From: Phoronis australis
Lineage: Eukaryota; Animalia; Phoronida
Direction: 5' to 3'
NCBI GenBank assembly: GCA_002633005.1
Contig: NMRA01000437.1
Location: 154,330 to 218,329 of the forward strand
Length of the DNA: 64,000 nucleotides
Numbering within the stretch: the first letter of the stretch is position 1; each line of letters opens with the position of its first letter. The notes beneath the pieces were generated by a model. It was not told where the DNA came from, searched no databases, and saw only the letters and a list, made by a program, of their open reading frames with translations. The translations under genes were made by a program, and so were the position numbers. This document shows positions 25,001 through 33,690 of the stretch, piece after piece.

Positions 25001-28000
25001 GAAGGATGTTGTGATGTTTGTTGTGAAAATTATGACTTGAAAGAAGCAAGTCGTTAGTGCTACAGGAGCAGTAAGGTGTCTTTTGCTTGACCCAATTTCT
25101 AATTCTGTTGTTCGTGATGGGTTGAGTTGACAGGGACGAAACGCAATTTCTTTCATTCATGGACATTTCGTGACATTGGTCATTTTGTGTGTGAATTGTT
25201 AAATCATTGTTATTGGCACATGCTCGTTATTGTTGTTGGTAACTGAATAATAATTATATGAACTGTGGTCAAGTTTATGTCTGCTGCAAGGCAATGTTCT
25301 CACGGAGCATGCAGCTTTGTGCTCACAACGTTTTACATTGTGAACATGGCAGTTTTTTATACATTTGACAGGAAACGTGCCATATCTTTACACATATTAC
25401 ATTCTGCCAGATGGCAGATTTTCTACGCGAATTACAAGCTTTTTACACGAATGACACATTTTTGCCATGTTTGAGATGCTTTAAGCTTTAAATGTAGTAC
25501 GTGTGAAATTCTCACCTGGGAGTTTTGCAGCCATTTTTGCCAAGACCGTGCCTAGGACTTTGATTAAACGGGCACCAGAGGGTGTGGTATGTGTTAGTAT
25601 TAGCTGTTAGTGTTAACTGTATATTGTTGGTTACACTGTAGTTGGAGAATAGTGCAATCTGCTGCTGCTGAAGTGAGTATCAAAAACAGGTGTGGGATCG
25701 CAATAGCAGCACTGTCAGATGTGATGTGTGATGAGTTACAAAGTACTTAAATTTATTATTTGCAGGTGGCAACGAGTCTGGTCAATCCGTTGGAGTTATT
25801 GTTGGTGTCCTCGTTGGCGTTGTTGTATTAGTTGTAGTTGTGGTGATTATCGTGTATGTCATCAAACGACGCCCGTGTCCCACGTTTAAGAGGTAAATTA
25901 GTTAATCATTCTTCTAGAACATCTTAAATGTACTTGCCTCAATGTACCATTCACAGGTCAGTCCCTAGTTAGGGAATCTCCAAGGTTGAATGGCATAAGG
26001 ATGCTGTTTTTAGGGTTGGCAAAAAGATTTTGCCTCGGAAATTGGGCCCCCTCAGAACATGCTAGATCTGCCAGTGGTAAGAAAGATGGTACACAGCTGA
26101 AGGTTTGAGTATTCTTGCTTCAGTACCACAAGTATGACAGACTTTAATTAGTACTCCTCAATCTCATTACGTTGATTGTTCTGTCTTATCACTGGATTTT
26201 AACCTGTGTGGTGTTGTAAGCAAAATGACCGTGAAGCAATCTTAGGGTACTCGTGTAGGGACTTTAAACTGGACACGCTGTTATCATTGATTTGAGCGGG
26301 CTCGTCCTTCAAGAGAGCAAAAATTGAAAACAAACATTTCAGTTAATTTGGGAACTCGTAATGTGTGACAGCCTGAACATTGCATGTCTTCTGCAAAACA
26401 AAGACTTGCAATTTGCTAAGGAATTTTGATCATCCCACGTAGGTGAGTTATCTATTCAGGATGGTCGGTCATGACGAAATTGCGTGTAATGCTCAAGTTG
26501 AACTGGAACCCTAACGTATCATCATGTAAAATTTTGGAATATCACATCTCAGAAATGGCTGATCATATACTTTATGAAAAAATTCAGATTCCAGGCTTTT
26601 ATGCATTATTCCCCATAATTCTTTTAGGAATAATTGTTTTTAAAGTGTTCTCCTTTTGCTTGATGGACTATCAAAAAAGGACTTACATGATTTCTTTGAA
26701 AAGCTCAAAAACTGTACAAAACCAAAAATAATGAAATGATGATTTCAAAAACTGTAGTGTTTTTTTAGATTTCATCTTGAATTCTTATATTTAATGAAAT
26801 TTTGTCATGTTGTTGATACCATTGTTTTGCTATGGGTGTTCCATTCTTTTTAGTGAATTTTTCTAAAACGATATAGTCGTGAGACCCATTCAGTATTAAG
26901 TCAAAAATCAAATAATTTCTAAATGCTTTCTATTCTTTGTAGACATATGGCTTAATACACTGACTAGTCTATAAGGTCCCACGTTGTATTAACAAAGTGC
27001 CGTTGCTTTATGAGAGAAGAATGAACACAATTGTGCTTCAAGCAATCCAATGTAATTTTTCTTGTCGTGGAGTTAAAATCATTCCATAGTTTTGTAAGTT
27101 TTGCTAAATACATAAGCTAGTCAATAAGGTCTTACATAAGTAACTTTTTCTATGAGGGAAAAATGAACATAATTTTGTTTCAAACCATTTAATGTAATTG
27201 TTCGTCTGAGTAGCTTAATATGATTCTGTTACTTAAATGAAAGCAGCTTCCTTGCATTCAATAAGGAAAGCGTTTCGAACTGCTTGGGGGGATTGGGCTT
27301 GAACGAGGGGCTTGTGGAAAGCGCTTTCATTTTTGGTGACCATTTGTCAAGCTGCATCGTCAACAAAACCAAAATGGAAAGCAGACTGTTCATAAGCGAC
27401 GTCCAATAATTTGAAGCGTTCGCAGGAAAGCGCTTTCATTTTTGGAGAGTGTTTCTCAATCTGCATCACCAACAAAACCAAGATGGAAAGCAGGTCGTTC
27501 ATTAGTGATGTCCAACAATTCGAAGCGCTTTCCTTATTGAATGCAAAGCTGTTTTTTGTAAAGTTTTAAACTATTTTGCCAATTTAGGACGGATTCATGA
27601 TGCCATGAAAATGCCAGTGTTGCTTCATTTCCTATTAATTTGTTCCCTAGCAACCGTGGATCACCTTATGCTAGATCGGGAAGCAAGAACAGTCCTTCAA
27701 GGGTACACTATGAAGCTGGTGCAGACGACGTTGGCTACTCCAATGGATATGTGAGTTCCATTATGCACTACATCTCATTTTGCAGCCGGCAAAATGGAAT
27801 ACTTCTTAGTTGTTAGGATTTGAATAGCTAGATACTGCAGCACTTAGATGGAATTTCTGTCCGACATCTTTTCTTTTGCATTAAGTTGTTGTCTTTGCAA
27901 ATTATACCCCTTGGTTTTTAATTGGTATTCCCCTGTCTTGCCGGATAAGGGAACAATTGAAGTGGATGCCAGTGACAGCATTGCCTAAATTACATTCAGT

Positions 28001-31000
28001 GAAGGATGTTCTTGATGCTGCATGCCATAAAAACTCTGAATTCAACATTAAAAGTTGAGTCTGCAGAGATTGATTGGTTTTATGGTAAGTCAAACCACCG
28101 TAGAGCTCTGTAGAAAGGACAGTGCTGGAGAAGCAGTTATTTTTTAGGTAATTCGGAGTTCAGTGCTAGAAAAACTACTGAAGGATGATGTTTCCACTGC
28201 TTTGTGGACGATTCACAATCAGAAAAACATATCGCAAAAACATCCCATGTGTTCCAATGGCTTCATGGGCCCAGACTGAAGTTTTGAGGGGTTTCACACA
28301 ATGCAAGGCTTGGCCTCAATTGATGTGTGGTGATTTTATTTTAAAAAAATGAATTAAAATCGGTACTGCTGGAGATTGATTTCAACTGCATAGTGATAAA
28401 CTGTCAGGGGAGATATGAGAGGTGTGGTGGCAGTGAGGAGACAGGAACAGTCAGACTTGCACAGCCAATGACACGACAGCCATTTTTGCTATTGGCATAA
28501 GCGCTAGTGAAAGGCTGGCACATTAAGTCACCATGGAAACGCGGTGTTAAGGGGGGGCGTTAAAGACAACTTCTGTCAAAGAAATTAACTGGGGATTTAG
28601 ACTAGTTACGGGTATAAAATTGGAATTGACTTGTTCCTCACTCTGAAGAGAAAAGATTTTTGTTCTTGCAAAAAGTGACAGTTCATTATTTCTGGAGACA
28701 TTGCGCAGCAAATAAAGTGAAACGCCATGACAGGTCAACTTACAGACTGTTCTGTAAGAGCAAACCACCAGTTCTTTCCAAGTCCAGAATTCACATCTAT
28801 TTTGACCGAGGAACATTTTGAGATGTATTTAACAGCAAGTAGGCTTAAGTCAAATTTTTTTGAAGGAAAGCGAGTTTACTGTCGTTTTACTTGAGAAGAG
28901 TTCTGACTACCATTCTGGGTTTACCGAGATACTTAATAAAAATTAGGCGCTTTGTAATATAAATGTGTTATCATGTTGGATGTATTAATAAAATGTTTTT
29001 CCTGGGAGCTATTGGTTGTTTTTCATATTCTAAGTGTGTCAGAGTTTTTTAAAAGGCACAAAAGTTAGGTAGAATATCTCAGTTGACTCTGATGTTAGAG
29101 AAGCCGTGGGTCTGTTCCCTGAAAAGCGACCAAGCCGTGGGTCTGTTCCCTGAAAAGCGACCAAGCCGTGGGTCTGTTCCCTGAAAAGCGACCAAGACTT
29201 GAGACAGAAAATTGTTCTTATCCTCCCAATTCATTATTAGCGCATCATTGCTGGAAATGATTTTTACAAATTTTTTAGCGAGTAGCAGTTATGTTTATGT
29301 TCTCGGATACTTTGTTGTTTTGATAAATTGAATTAATAATTACTTTTCAGAAATAGTTGTGGGCAACTTAAGAACGAATTTCTGTCTTATATCATAGATC
29401 ACTTTTCATGAGGTATACCCCTGCACTGGATTTTTTCAGACTCTAGGTTAATTGACTCTCTGCAAGCTTCACATTCTCTTCACTTTCAACTCGTGCATCT
29501 TTAGCTGAAGTCTACACATAGTAAACAATTTTCCTTTGTTTTATTGCAGTATCATAACCCAGATCTTTTGGTGAATAGTAACTTGGTGGATCGGCAACCA
29601 TTTGGAAGTGTCACCAACAGAGCTTTTGATCCAAACGAAACATTAGGTAGGATAACTCTTCAGTTATTTGGCTTAAAAACAATTTTCAGTTTGTATTTTT
29701 AAGGCAAGAGTGCCACAGTGATAGTTCTTCATGTGGTGTTTGCTGACCATTGTACAGTGCACACTATCTATTGTTGCTATTGAGATAATTTTTCTTTTAT
29801 CTTTGTTGAGTATTGAAATTTTAAGTGACTAAGTAAATCATCAATGTTTGTAAAAGATGATAGCTTAATCCATTGCAATCGACTCGTTCACATTTTGTTC
29901 TTGGACGGGATAAACTAGTCTGCATAGTAGATTAGAATTTTGCAGACCCTTGTAAATCTTGGGTGTTATTCACACACACACAACAGGAGTTTTGAAAGTG
30001 GCTTGCAAGGTCAGTGAAAGTAGTTCTTTGTGAACCCTTCTCTGAGTGGAGAACTCTGTCCCAGTTTGACTGCGTAACTAAACAAGGCTTAGCAGAAGGT
30101 TTATAGTCCTGGCCCGAGAAGATAATTGTTTTACTACCCCCTTTGTATAGCTGAATAGCTAAGCCCAGAACGTTATTTGAAGTCCTGTGGGAACAATTTT
30201 CAATATTTTGTTTGAAGTCTGTTGTAATCTTTTTTGACTTAAAAAAATTGGGGATTCATTCTAACGTTTGACTTTGAAATGTTTTCATTATGTGCCAGTG
30301 TTAGAGCTTACCTGGAAGGATTACGCTGTGTGAGAAGTGTGTTTTGCATGTGAAATGATCACAAGTAATTTCTGGCTTAACTGGCCCCAGAAGAAAGATT
30401 TCACAGGAAATTAGGGTAGTAAGGGGTATCGAAATAGTTTCTTTCATTGCACCCAGATATTCTTATGTGGGTGTTCTTTGCTGCACTGTGTTTAAACTAA
30501 CTTATTAATTTTTGTAGATGCTGATGTGAGAGAATTCTTGGAAAGATTGGGCTTTGAGCAATTTGTTCCTGTATTCCAACGGGAACTGATCACAAGTAAC
30601 ACTCTGGCTAAACTGACCCTAGAAGATCTCACAGGAACTTTAGGTAGGGGAGTAAGGGTCAGCGACGGTAACACTGTCTGAACTAGGCCATTGCTGGCAC
30701 CGAAGGTAGCCATCACGTAATGGTGCCATAAGGTTTTGTTCCCGAAGCACCACCCTTTTGTTGAGAGATAACTACATAAACCTAACCCTTTTGTTACTAA
30801 GATAATTCGATATTTTAAGTCCATTAAACATGAAAAAAGGCAAGAGAGGGGTCATGTCAAAAATGAGACAACATGTTTTACAACCAAAGTTTCTGACCCT
30901 TTTGTGTGTAGTTGGAAATGGAACATGTTGTAGAGTTTAACCAACTCCCAAAGTGAACCCTTTTTTAAAGAAATTAATTAAAGCTGAATGGCTCCTTTTT

Positions 31001-32087
31001 TGGTAACTTTGTCTGAAAAGGCACCCTTTCATATGTAAACTGGTCATGAAAAATCAACCTTCTGATTATGCAATGAGTTCCATATACCTCTTCTGTTGGA
31101 TTGCCCACAGCTATTAAATTGATAATTGTTACCATGTCTGTGTATTCGTTTTTATCATTATCCTCAAAATTGTACTCTCCACCTCAGTGTGTTGTGTTTA
31201 ATTCAAAATGCACATCTTTGTCCATGCCAGGTATACCACTTGGTCCAAGCAAGCGTATGATGGAAAAGATAGCTGACATGGCTCCTTATGAAGAGGCCGA
31301 GTTTCACAGAACGAACCAGGGAGACTACACTCGACTTCGTGATCCAGCGTACCAGCAGCTGGACAGGTCACGAACTGGCCAACAAGGGGTGTATTCATCC
31401 ATACAGCCGCCATTGTACCAGAAGCTGTCGAAACCTGGAGACACTGCGAGGGCTGAGTACTCTACCCTGGACCAGCATGTGTATCAGAAAACAGACAGAC
31501 AGAAGAAACACGGTTCACACTATCAATCCTTGAACTATGGAGAATATTACGCCGATGGTAGTAGCACCATTGGCCATAGCACTGGTGAGACAGAAACTGG
31601 AAGACTACCAGGAGAGGTGTATTTGGATGTCCCGCTCTATATGGAGACCGATCTCCATGACGCACATTCAAAGGGCGCCTACACGGAGGTGGGAAGTTTA
31701 TATTCATCTGTTGCTGAGCCACGTAATCACTCCAAGGATGATCCCATGAGACAGGGGAGCACTGTAAGTTTGATTTCACAATCCAGTGTTGCCTCTAGTG
31801 TCACCGCTGGTATACCAACAGAACCGCCTATCTATTTCCATTGTCCAATCACAAATGAGATCATGCAGGACCCAGTAAGGGCAAGTGATGGACGTACATA
31901 CGAGCGGTCGTCAATTATGCGTTGGTTGAGTACGCACTCAACATCTCCGGTCTCCAAGCGACCCATGACGGATAAGTCCCTGGAGAGCTGTGTGGAGCTG
32001 AAACGACAAATCAATGAATGGAGGAAACAGAGGTCAAAGATGAAGCTAGGCCGACCTTCGACCCCTATCACTGGCATTGATTGTTAA
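923..32087 (+). CDS. Multi-exon type I membrane receptor: SRCR-SRCR-CUB-mucin stalk-TM-SAM-Tyr-motif array-U-box (5' end not found in window)
   Basis: Exons 923-1054, 1336-1438, 2689-2916 (or copy 3527-3754), 5003-5188, 7068-7226, 9510-9605, 10646-10747, 12007-12048, 14390-14638, 15283-15525, 22604-22693, 23571-23651, 25766-25892, 27651-27750, 29550-29646, 30518-30643, 31231-32087. All introns are GT..AG with matching phases. The exons sum to 3018 nt (1005 aa + stop) with no internal stop, and domain motifs continue across junctions. No signal-peptide or first-SRCR-half exon was found in 1-922. Confidence 0.85.
1336..1438 (+). CDS. Receptor exon: SRCR domain 1, C-terminal part
   Basis: tacag| VACSGNEERLTECSHSGFGNAHCTHNEDVAIACG |gtaagt is the classic CxGxExxLxxC...CxHxEDxxxxC pattern. 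Six Cys in total indicates group A SRCR. Confidence 0.92.
1660..2310 (+). mobile_element. Degenerate copy of the Helentron-like non-autonomous element family seen at 33691-34888
   Basis: Shares ctgtatctcc.aaacc and ctagtggcaattt motifs and the 3' end gtgggcgcat..tca..gct.cgc.tt..ctctt. Confidence 0.55.
2689..2916 (+). CDS. Receptor exon: SRCR domain 2 N-terminal half (copy 1)
   Basis: ttccag| EPTTPNDIRLVNGTDSSNGILEALFNDTWLPVCKRGFDIKILNVVCRQLGF...ASCE |gtaata; 228 nt, phase 1-1. Confidence 0.8.
3527..3754 (+). CDS. Receptor exon: SRCR domain 2 N-terminal half (copy 2, possibly the allelic haplotype)
   Basis: Near-identical to 2689-2916 (I/T change in GFD[I/T]K plus silent changes), with intact splice sites. 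Confidence 0.7.
5003..5188 (+). CDS. Receptor exon: SRCR domain 2 C-terminal half plus Pro-rich linker
   Basis: ttctag| GVEEKLSECPGHSWFFENEYNFGGRFPMPNECYHNREQGIVC TNEPSQPPAASTPSPPGISG |gtgagt. Confidence 0.88.
7068..7226 (+). CDS. Receptor exon: CUB domain part 1
   Basis: ttgcag| YCRPY...GSIYSPKHPDTYDFDLICTWRV...IKVVID |gtaaga matches the CUB motif GxIxSPxxPxxY...CxWxI. Confidence 0.88.
7471..7965. mobile_element. Non-autonomous DNA transposon (hAT-like MITE)
   Basis: 13-bp perfect TIR CAGGGCTTGGAAT / ATTCCAAGCCCTG flanked by a 6-bp direct repeat AACTGC (7465-7470, 7966-7971). Confidence 0.8.
8700..8822. repeat. AT-rich minisatellite, 23-bp unit ATTAAATTAAGATAGATAAATAG
   Basis: About five partly degenerate tandem copies. 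Confidence 0.85.
8905..9170 (-). mobile_element. Penelope-like element 3' fragment (GIY-YIG C-terminus)
   Basis: Minus-strand translation HNYSRRTRWIWEAYHIKKQGASYVNRDMGEHALPDSY matches the R...EA..I......NRD.G...L...Y tail of Penelope endonucleases. Confidence 0.7.
9510..9605 (+). CDS. Receptor exon: CUB domain part 2
   Basis: ttccag| AFSTEEYRDKLEVFDGWSEHHPKIASWSGEIS |gtatgt matches the CUB pattern FxxE..DxLxxxDG...G. Not in the supplied ORF track. Confidence 0.85.
9820..10490 (+). mobile_element. L1/Tx1-type LINE 3' fragment (C-terminal zinc-finger region), frameshifted
   Basis: RILTTNSFL...DDDSCSFCRQSKETLIHLFLECETVNSFW (CxxC...ET..HLF..C...FW), followed by (GT)n and an AATAAA/A-rich tail. 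Confidence 0.75.
10646..10747 (+). CDS. Receptor exon: CUB domain part 3
   Basis: ttccag| AGTTVTTNSSSCFFKFVSDHALSRSGFKLSYTSS |gtgagt matches the CUB C-terminal FxSD...GFxxxY. Confidence 0.88.
11010..11505 (+). repeat. Intronic repeat homologous to ~18180-18715
   Basis: Colinear similarity, e.g. ctttgttaactgcc.agcaca.tcttttgtc, catttgactagga.ttcagaaatgct.ttggtttatgttcaaat and cttcccaacttgttgttgggctatag. Confidence 0.8.
12007..12048 (+). CDS. Receptor micro-exon, Ser/Thr stalk
   Basis: tttcag| GVVTTQGPPSTHTS |gtaagt; 42 nt, phase 1-1. Confidence 0.7.
12845..13862. mobile_element. Foldback/MITE-like element with ~350-bp imperfect inverted arms
   Basis: ~12845-13230 is the reverse complement of ~13515-13862, e.g. 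aactgaccaagagacatgattaaaaggtaca versus tgtaccttttaatcatgtctcttggtcagtt. Confidence 0.8.
14390..14638 (+). CDS. Receptor exon: mucin-like stalk repeat A
   Basis: catag| TTLQDSSSHPPSSTSTVAPVPTAIKTTSGSPETSTSPS...VFTTE |gtaatt; 249 nt, phase 1-1. Confidence 0.75.
15283..15525 (+). CDS. Receptor exon: mucin-like stalk repeat B
   Basis: catag| VATRETSSHPPSSTSTVAPVPTTLKITSDSPETPTAPG...DFTTE |gtaact; 243 nt, phase 1-1, paralog of repeat A. Confidence 0.78.
16205..16568 (+). pseudogene. Mucin-like stalk repeat C, frameshifted pseudo-exon (or sequence error) with internal 63-bp repeats
   Basis: Same splice contexts as repeats A and B (catag| ... GAAG|gtaact) but 364 nt (3n+1). One extra base near 16245-16250 gives TAG at ~16267. 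After correction it reads IVAPVPSTLKTAFGTPETSASTVAPVTTVLQTASGTPETFAS...FFTSE. Confidence 0.7.
17820..18031 (+). repeat. Minisatellite of ~15 bp (AGACCTCGAAAACRC)n reading as poly-RPRKH
   Basis: More than ten degenerate units visible, preceded by an in-frame acceptor (aatag|GT CTT CCC AGT) at 17801/17802. Confidence 0.8.
19190..19620 (-). mobile_element. Penelope-like element fragment (linker + GIY-YIG), decayed
   Basis: Minus-strand pieces LAIPYIG..SEQLRRTY, DTTPAGKQDGVI and HLRLKEHYETGLTSAVNEHMIVSGHSISMENENIIG occur in the expected order. Confidence 0.7.
21830..22150 (+). repeat. Dispersed repeat, copy 2 (homologous to ~130-440)
   Basis: Same shared blocks in the same order as 130-440. Confidence 0.7.
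22604..22693 (+). CDS. Receptor exon: Ser/Thr stalk
   Basis: ttcag| ASVSTKLPSTVPTGTSQYPADTSTAAETDS |gtgagt; 90 nt, phase 1-1. Confidence 0.75.
23571..23651 (+). CDS. Receptor exon: Gly/Thr stalk
   Basis: ctacag| GGATSTIIPPDGGGVTTTFGATTVQGT |gtaagt; 81 nt, phase 1-1. Confidence 0.78.
25766..25892 (+). CDS. Receptor exon: transmembrane helix and stop-transfer
   Basis: ttgcag| GGNESGQSVGVIVGVLVGVVVLVVVVVIIVYVI KRRPCPTFK |gtaaat; ~25 hydrophobic residues followed by a basic cluster. Confidence 0.92.
27244..27551. mobile_element. MITE with ~35-bp TIRs and an internal ~108-bp direct repeat
   Basis: ttgcattcaataaggaaagcgtttcgaa ... ttcgaagcgctttccttattgaatgcaa, with the internal ggaaagcgctttcatttttgg...caacaaaacca..atggaaagcag present twice. 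Confidence 0.75.
27651..27750 (+). CDS. Receptor exon: juxtamembrane cytoplasmic segment
   Basis: ccctag| SNRGSPYARSGSKNSPSRVHYEAGADDVGYSNGY |gtgagt; phase 2 to 0 fits both neighbours. Confidence 0.8.
29101..29196 (+). repeat. Perfect 31-bp tandem repeat x3 (AAGCCGTGGGTCTGTTCCCTGAAAAGCGACC)
   Basis: Three identical adjacent copies with no spacers. Confidence 0.95.
29550..29646 (+). CDS. Receptor exon: cytoplasmic segment
   Basis: ttgcag| YHNPDLLVNSNLVDRQPFGSVTNRAFDPNETL |gtagga; phase 0 to 1 fits both neighbours. Confidence 0.78.
30518..30643 (+). CDS. Receptor exon: SAM (sterile alpha motif) domain, N-terminal part
   Basis: ttgtag| DADVREFLERLGFEQFVPVFQRELITSNTLAKLTLEDLTGTL |gtaggg continues as GIPLGPSKRMMEKI in the next exon. 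Matches the SAM consensus V..FL..LG...(Y/F)...F....I....L..LT.EDL..LGI.LG...(K/R). Confidence 0.88.
31231..32087 (+). CDS. Receptor terminal exon: SAM end, Tyr-motif array, U-box E3 ligase domain
   Basis: gccag| GIPLGPSKRM... The U-box PPIYFHCPITNEIMQDPVRASDGRTYERSSIMRWLSTHSTSPVSKRPM...LKRQINEW lies at ~31824-32030. Stop TAA at 32085-32087. Confidence 0.92.
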
Positions 32088-32928
32088 GGATTGGATCTAT
32101 ATCATTTTGTACTTTTGCATTGAAATGAAGCTTTTTAGCCTCAAGTGGAGAGCTTTTAAATGGAGACTGCACCAATCCTAATTGTGTCAAAATGTATTTT
32201 GCGGAACAATCATTCCAGCTGATATTCAAGTATTCTTATAAATACTCAAGGTTTTTCACTTTGTTGTATTTCAGTGAAACAATGCCTATTGGTGTAAGAG
32301 CTTGTATTTACATATACATAACTTTTGTATAGTGTGTTATTTTTCGTTTATGATTTATCTATTTCGGAGAGTTTATATTATACTTATAGATCGTTGAGAA
32401 GGTGTTTAAACATGGTCCAGAATTGTTTGGGAGACAGTGTATCATTTGTTGCAGACTGTCATTATCAATTCCATAGGAATCGATTTCATGAGCTCCAGTG
32501 GTTTCGTTTTTTGACATCGCCATTCTGAATGAATGCAGTTTTAAGTAAAATAAATCAAAATATCTGTCAGTGTGTTGTTTCAACGTTCATCGGAACATGC
32601 CCCACTTCATTGCTTTCAACCCTTTGACTCAAGTGAGTCAAACTCAAGTGAGTCAAATGCTGTTTTTATCAGATAAATACTTATATGCTGTACTGATAAA
32701 CGTATGTCTCTGTAATTGATTTTTAGTCAAAATTGTTGTAACCCTTCGTGCCATATGTTAACAGTTGTCGAATGACTACTGGTCGCACAGTGTTGATAAC
32801 ACATATAACCATATATATTTTTATTTTTATTTGTATTCAGATACATGTATTGTTCTTATTTGGAATTCATATCCATATTTTGGTATCAGATAATGTATAT
32901 TCATGTTTCTCTTGGATTGTTGTTGTTG

Positions 32929-32934
32929 AATAAA
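32929..32934 (+). promoter_or_regulatory. Candidate polyadenylation signal of the receptor gene
   Basis: AATAAA followed by T/GT-rich sequence ~840 nt after the stop. An alternative AATAAA lies near 32549. Confidence 0.4.
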
Positions 32935-33690
32935 TTTCTTGTCTCTAACGTAATTTGGCATTTGCTGTATATTATTTTATGAGACAATTTCAGCTGATAC
33001 ATGTATGCAAGCATTTATGTGTCAGTGAGTCCTCTTAAATTTCTCCTGTTTACTCTACCAGTGCCTTGATGTACAGACTGCCTGTTGTATGTACTACATA
33101 CAGTACCTACGGTAGGTACTGTACACTGTATGTAGCACTCCAATATATTGTATTAGTTTGAGGTTTATTTATTTCTGAGAGTACAGTATTACTATATAGA
33201 TTGATCTGGAGATGTTTAGATATAGTTGAAATTAATCTGGGCATACAATGAATGGCTTGTTGGTTACCACCATTATTACTGTCGTATGAAATTGTGCAAA
33301 AATTTGGCTATTGGCTAATCTGTTATTGACTGGCTAAACACCAAAAAAGAATTTTTGTCCATGTTCGTGTTGAATTTTTAACAGAAGTGCTTTATATAGG
33401 TTCTCACGTTGTGTTGCACTGTTTATTTCGCTAGTTGTATATTCATTTCACTCATTGCTTGATGATGGTACATGTGGTCTCGAAATATAACTAGTATTTT
33501 AACTTATTTGTCCGTTATGTCTCTTGGTGTTTTGATTCATAGCTGCACGCCTGAAGATAGGAGATTGCTTAGAGACTAGGAGCGGTCTGTATTAAACTGT
33601 CAAACAAAAAGTACAGTCCTGTCTTCAACAAACTTTATGTTATGGTATTTAAAAACATCGAATTCGCACTTGCAGGATCCAGAGTTTTCA

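Noticed and set aside
29101-29196. 31-bp repeats as a CRISPR array
   Set aside because: No spacers, no cas genes, and the context is a eukaryotic intron.
30492-30824. 110-aa minus-strand ORF and the other 60-130 aa ORFs in introns and intergenic DNA
   Set aside because: Antisense to real exons or random AT-rich frames, many with non-ATG starts and no recognisable motifs.
31101-31230. N-terminal 43 codons of the 328-aa ORF, read as a stand-alone U-box gene with a signal-like start
   Set aside because: Intronic read-through. The acceptor at 31229-31230 joins the SAM exon in frame and completes the SAM motif (TL|GIPLG).
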